64,000 bases of DNA from Prochlorococcus sp. AG-459-E08 (GTDB lineage: Bacteria > Cyanobacteriota > Cyanobacteriia > PCC-6307 > Cyanobiaceae), in NCBI GenBank assembly GCA_003209425.1, contig QCRB01000001.1:44026-108025 (forward strand), in the 5' to 3' direction. Below the pieces are notes generated by a model. It searched no databases, was not told where the DNA came from, and was given only the letters and a program-made list of their open reading frames with translations. The stretch's first letter is position 1; every line of letters begins with the position of its first letter. Both the position numbers and the translations under genes were made by a program. Below, piece after piece: positions 60,564-64,000 of this stretch.

Positions 60564-61259
60564 TTAGTGCCAATCAGTATTGAATTTATTTTTAAGATTA
60601 TTCTCCTTAATTAAACGAATAAAATCATTATGCAATTTTAAGTATTGAGGATATTTTTCTGCATGACATTCAACAAATATTTTTCTTACTTGAGGTTCCT
60701 TAGCTAACTCAATTAATTGCTTATAAATGATGTATTCTCCGCCCTCAATATCACACTTTATGATATTTGGTTTTTTTTCAAAGGAATCAAATAAATCCTT
60801 AAAATTTTTAGTTTTTATTTCATAAAAGCAATTCCCAAGATTTGATTTATCAGACATTAGAGAAGATGCTTGAGAGAATTCTAATATCTTTTTTTTATCT
60901 GATTTCTCCAAAATTGATTTGTGTAAGTATAATTTCTGAGTAGAAGATTCAGAGGAAATAGCTATATTTAAAGCTTTAAAATTACGAATGCTTCTTAAAT
61001 TATTTTTTAATATATTGAAAACTTCAATATTAGGCTCCAAAGCATATATAAAACTTACTCCCTTTAACCACATTACCAAAGAGGCATCTCCAATATTAGC
61101 TCCTAAATCAAGGCAAATATCCTTCCTTTTTACCTCGAAAAACAAATCTCTAAATGATCTTTGCCTTAGGAGTAATATTGATTTAATTATCTGATTCAAA
61201 CGAAAACCTAATGGTAACTTTAATATTATTCTTTTTAGAATGAACTTAAGCTCTGGCAT
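60564..61259 (-). CDS. FkbM-family methyltransferase
   Basis: DLGANIG, LEPN, KCDIEGGE and VECH. Confidence 0.9.
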   Translation of the reverse strand: MPELKFILKRIILKLPLGFRLNQIIKSILLLRQRSFRDLFFEVKRKDICLDLGANIGDASLVMWLKGVSFIYALEPNIEVFNILKNNLRSIRNFKALNIAISSESSTQKLYLHKSILEKSDKKKILEFSQASSLMSDKSNLGNCFYEIKTKNFKDLFDSFEKKPNIIKCDIEGGEYIIYKQLIELAKEPQVRKIFVECHAEKYPQYLKLHNDFIRLIKENNLKNKFNTDWH

Positions 61260-61461
61260 AAATTAAAATATTTTATATCTCATTTATGAATATATTAACT
61301 TATGAATGAAAATTATTTTTATATGAATTATTTATTTTTTGAAAATTGTTAATACTATTACATGATAAAATCATTTAAAGAAAATTTTAAAAAGTTATTG
61401 TGATATTTAATAATTCTAAAATATTGAAAATTTTTATAAAACAAAAACACCTTACAGAAAA

Positions 61462-62490
61462 ATGAGTATTTTAGTTACAGGGGCTGCAGGTTTTATAGGT
61501 TTTCATCTCTGCAAAAAATTGTTAGAGAAAAAATTTAAAGTTATTGGTCTTGATAATCTTAATTCTTATTACGATCAAGATTTAAAAAGAAGTAGAATTA
61601 AGGAATTAAATGATTTTTCCTCTAAAAATGGACTTAATTTTATTTTTATTAAGGTAGATATTGTAAATAATAGTCAAATAAAGCAAATTTTTGAAGATAA
61701 TTTAAAATCTAAAACAAAAATTACAATGGTTATCAACTTAGCCGCTCAAGCGGGTGTAAGGTATTCTATTGAAAATCCTTCCGCATATATTCAAGCAAAC
61801 ATTGTGGGTTTCTCGAATATTATAGAGGAGTCTAAGAATTACGATGTTGATCACTTTATTTATGCAAGCAGTAGTTCTGTATATGGAGGGAATAAAAAAT
61901 TACCTTTTAGTGAGACAGATCAAGTAGATCATCCTGTTAGTTTATATGCAGCAACTAAAAAATCTAATGAATTAATAGCTCATAGTTACAGTCATTTATT
62001 TAAGCTATCTACAGTTGGTCTTAGATTTTTCACTGTATATGGTCCATGGGGAAGACCTGATATGGCTTTATTTAAATTTACTAATTTAATTCTCAAAGAT
62101 AAATCAATACAAGTTTTCAATCATGGAAAAATGACAAGAGACTTTACTTATATTGATGATGTAATTGAGTCTATCTATTTATTAATTAAAAAGTTAATAA
62201 ATAAAAAAATACATAAAAATATTCAAAATCAAGCGCCTTATAAGATATTTAATATAGGAAATTCAAAACCAACAAATTTAGAAGATTATATAAAAGCTAT
62301 AGAATTGAATCTTAATAAAAAAGCAAAAATTGTGTACGAGGATATGCAGCCTGGTGATGTTAAAGCAACTTATGCAGATACTAAGTCTCTTGAGAATGAA
62401 ATTAACTTTAAACCCAATACTTCAATAAATTTTGGTATAAAGAAATTTATTAGTTGGTATATTTCTTATTATAAAAAACCATCAAATTGA
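61462..62490 (+). CDS. UDP-glucuronate/UDP-GlcNAcA 4-epimerase
   Basis: TGAAGFIGFH, LAAQAGVRYS, YAATKK and RFFTVYGPWGRPDMA. Confidence 0.92.
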   Translation: MSILVTGAAGFIGFHLCKKLLEKKFKVIGLDNLNSYYDQDLKRSRIKELNDFSSKNGLNFIFIKVDIVNNSQIKQIFEDNLKSKTKITMVINLAAQAGVRYSIENPSAYIQANIVGFSNIIEESKNYDVDHFIYASSSSVYGGNKKLPFSETDQVDHPVSLYAATKKSNELIAHSYSHLFKLSTVGLRFFTVYGPWGRPDMALFKFTNLILKDKSIQVFNHGKMTRDFTYIDDVIESIYLLIKKLINKKIHKNIQNQAPYKIFNIGNSKPTNLEDYIKAIELNLNKKAKIVYEDMQPGDVKATYADTKSLENEINFKPNTSINFGIKKFISWYISYYKKPSN

Positions 62491-62494
62491 ATTA

Positions 62495-63853
62495 TTGAAT
62501 AAATTGAATCTCCCACCTCTAAATAAATGTTCTATAGCAGTAATAGGTCTTGGATATGTTGGTTTACCATTAGCTATTGCAATTGCCAACCAAAAAAGGT
62601 GTATTCTTTCAAATAAGAAAATTCAAAGAAATATAGTTGGATTTGATTTAGATATTTCTAGAATAAACGAATTAAATAAAGGTTTCGACAGAAATAAAAT
62701 ATCTTCTAAAAATATTAAAAACAAACTAGAAAGTATCGAATTTACAAACGACAAAAACTTATTAAAAAAAGTTGACATATTCATCGTTACAGTTCCTACT
62801 CCAATAGATGAGAAAAATAATCCTAATTTAATCTTTATTAAAGAAGCATCCAAATTAATTGGAGAGTCAATAAGGGCATTAGACAAACAGAAATCAAATA
62901 AGATTATTATTTATGAAAGTACAGTTTATCCTGGACTTACAGAAGAAATATGCGTACCAATAATTGAAAAAAATTCAGGTCTAATTCATAATCATCCTAA
63001 AAATGAGAGTACCTTTTTTTGTGGATATAGTCCTGAAAGAATAAATCCTGGAGACAGAACACACACTATAGATACAATTATAAAAGTAACTAGTGGATGC
63101 AATGAAGATGTAGCTTCATGGATAGATGAATTTTATGCGTCCTTTATTAAGGCTGGTACGCATAAAGTTAGTAGTATAAAAGTAGCCGAAGCTTCAAAGA
63201 TTATTGAAAATATTCAGAGAGATATAAATATTGCACTAGTTAATGAATTATCAATGTTATTTAAAAAAATTGATATTGACACTAATGAGGTTCTCCAGGC
63301 TGCAAATACAAAATGGAATTTTCATAAATATAGTCCAGGACTTGTTGGCGGACATTGTATTGGCGTTGATCCTTATTATTTAACTTTTAAGTCACAAGAA
63401 ATTGGCTTTGATACAAAATTAATATCAGCAGGAAGAAGTATTAATAATTATATGCATGAATATTTATTTCATGAAATATTGAACTTACTAAGCAAACAAA
63501 ATGAGGACCAAAATGAAATAAATATTCTCTTACTTGGAATTTCATACAAATCAAATTGTTCCGATATGCGCAATTCACAATTAGTTCTTCTAGCTGAGAA
63601 AATAAAACAAAAAGATCTTGAGATTACAATTGTTGATCCTAAGGTTGATAGAAAAAAAGCACTTGAAGAGTTGGGCTTAAAGATATTACTAGGTATTCCC
63701 AAAAATGAAAAATACTCAATAATTATTTTCGGTCTCTATCATGAAGAGTTTGAACAATTATCCTATGAAAAACTAAATAAATCAGCCAAGAATAAGACGT
63801 TAATAATTGATCTAACAAATAAAATTATTGGTGAAAATGTAATTTATTTGTAA
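62495..63853 (+). CDS. UDP-N-acetylhexosamine 6-dehydrogenase (WbpO/TviB-like)
   Basis: GLGYVGLPLA, VPTP, ESTVYPG, YSPERINPG and PGLVGGHCIGVDPYYL. Confidence 0.92.
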   Translation: MNKLNLPPLNKCSIAVIGLGYVGLPLAIAIANQKRCILSNKKIQRNIVGFDLDISRINELNKGFDRNKISSKNIKNKLESIEFTNDKNLLKKVDIFIVTVPTPIDEKNNPNLIFIKEASKLIGESIRALDKQKSNKIIIYESTVYPGLTEEICVPIIEKNSGLIHNHPKNESTFFCGYSPERINPGDRTHTIDTIIKVTSGCNEDVASWIDEFYASFIKAGTHKVSSIKVAEASKIIENIQRDINIALVNELSMLFKKIDIDTNEVLQAANTKWNFHKYSPGLVGGHCIGVDPYYLTFKSQEIGFDTKLISAGRSINNYMHEYLFHEILNLLSKQNEDQNEINILLLGISYKSNCSDMRNSQLVLLAEKIKQKDLEITIVDPKVDRKKALEELGLKILLGIPKNEKYSIIIFGLYHEEFEQLSYEKLNKSAKNKTLIIDLTNKIIGENVIYL

Positions 63854-63854
63854 A

Positions 63855-64000
63855 ATGATAAAACAAATTTGGAAAAATTATAGTAGATACTTAAATGTTT
63901 CAAGAAAGGAAAGTTTTTTAGCATTCACCTTTGGAATATTAGGCGCCTTTTTTGAGACTTTTTCGATATATTTACTTGCTAATTTAATCACAAACCTAGA
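63855..64000 (+). CDS. 5' end of a probable second ABC exporter, truncated by the window edge
   Basis: Hand translation MIKQIWKNYSRYLNVSRKESFLAFTFGILGAFFETFSIYLLANLITNL resembles the first TM segment of ORF 16689-18437 (GALEFFSI). Confidence 0.5.
   Translation, partial: MIKQIWKNYSRYLNVSRKESFLAFTFGILGAFFETFSIYLLANLITNL

Noticed and set aside
340-63702. Short antisense or overlapping ORFs in the track (e.g. 340-564, 10865-11224, 29674-30003, 50285-50713, 54465-54824)
   Set aside because: They are shadows of well-supported genes on the opposite strand and show no motifs.
1-64000. CRISPR arrays, IS elements, integrases, prophage genes
   Set aside because: I saw no regularly spaced repeats and no transposase, recombinase or phage structural motifs.

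Overview
A very AT-rich (roughly 25-30% GC by eye) 64-kb stretch devoted almost entirely to cell-surface glycan biosynthesis, with one tRNA-Ala(GGC) near the right end. Composition, gene content and the tRNA-Ala suggest the hypervariable LPS/surface island of a Prochlorococcus-like marine cyanobacterium (inference). Five modules are visible. (1) A complete mycobacterial-type polyprenyl-phospho-pentofuranose pathway: UbiA-type PRPP transferase, HAD-flippase fusion, DprE1, DprE2, GtrA, a candidate GT-C and an extra flavoprotein. (2) A GDP-heptose pathway (GmhA, HddA, GmhB, HddC) with many tailoring enzymes: a Cj1427-like C4 dehydrogenase, 4,6-dehydratase, ColD-type 3-dehydratase, split ThDP enzyme, C-methyltransferase and Fcl-like reductases. 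It also contains an L-2-hydroxyglutarate oxidase that could close a 2-oxoglutarate/L-2-hydroxyglutarate redox loop. (3) A GDP-linked legionaminic acid pathway with acetamidino modification, including a fused HisF-HisH. (4) An aldolase/KdsB-like/HAD triad for a non-canonical ulosonic acid. (5) Uronic-acid genes, Wzy and ABC flippases. Four pseudogene or remnant scars record rapid turnover. I saw no integrase, transposase, CRISPR array or rRNA. All family calls come from motif recognition by eye; no searches were run.
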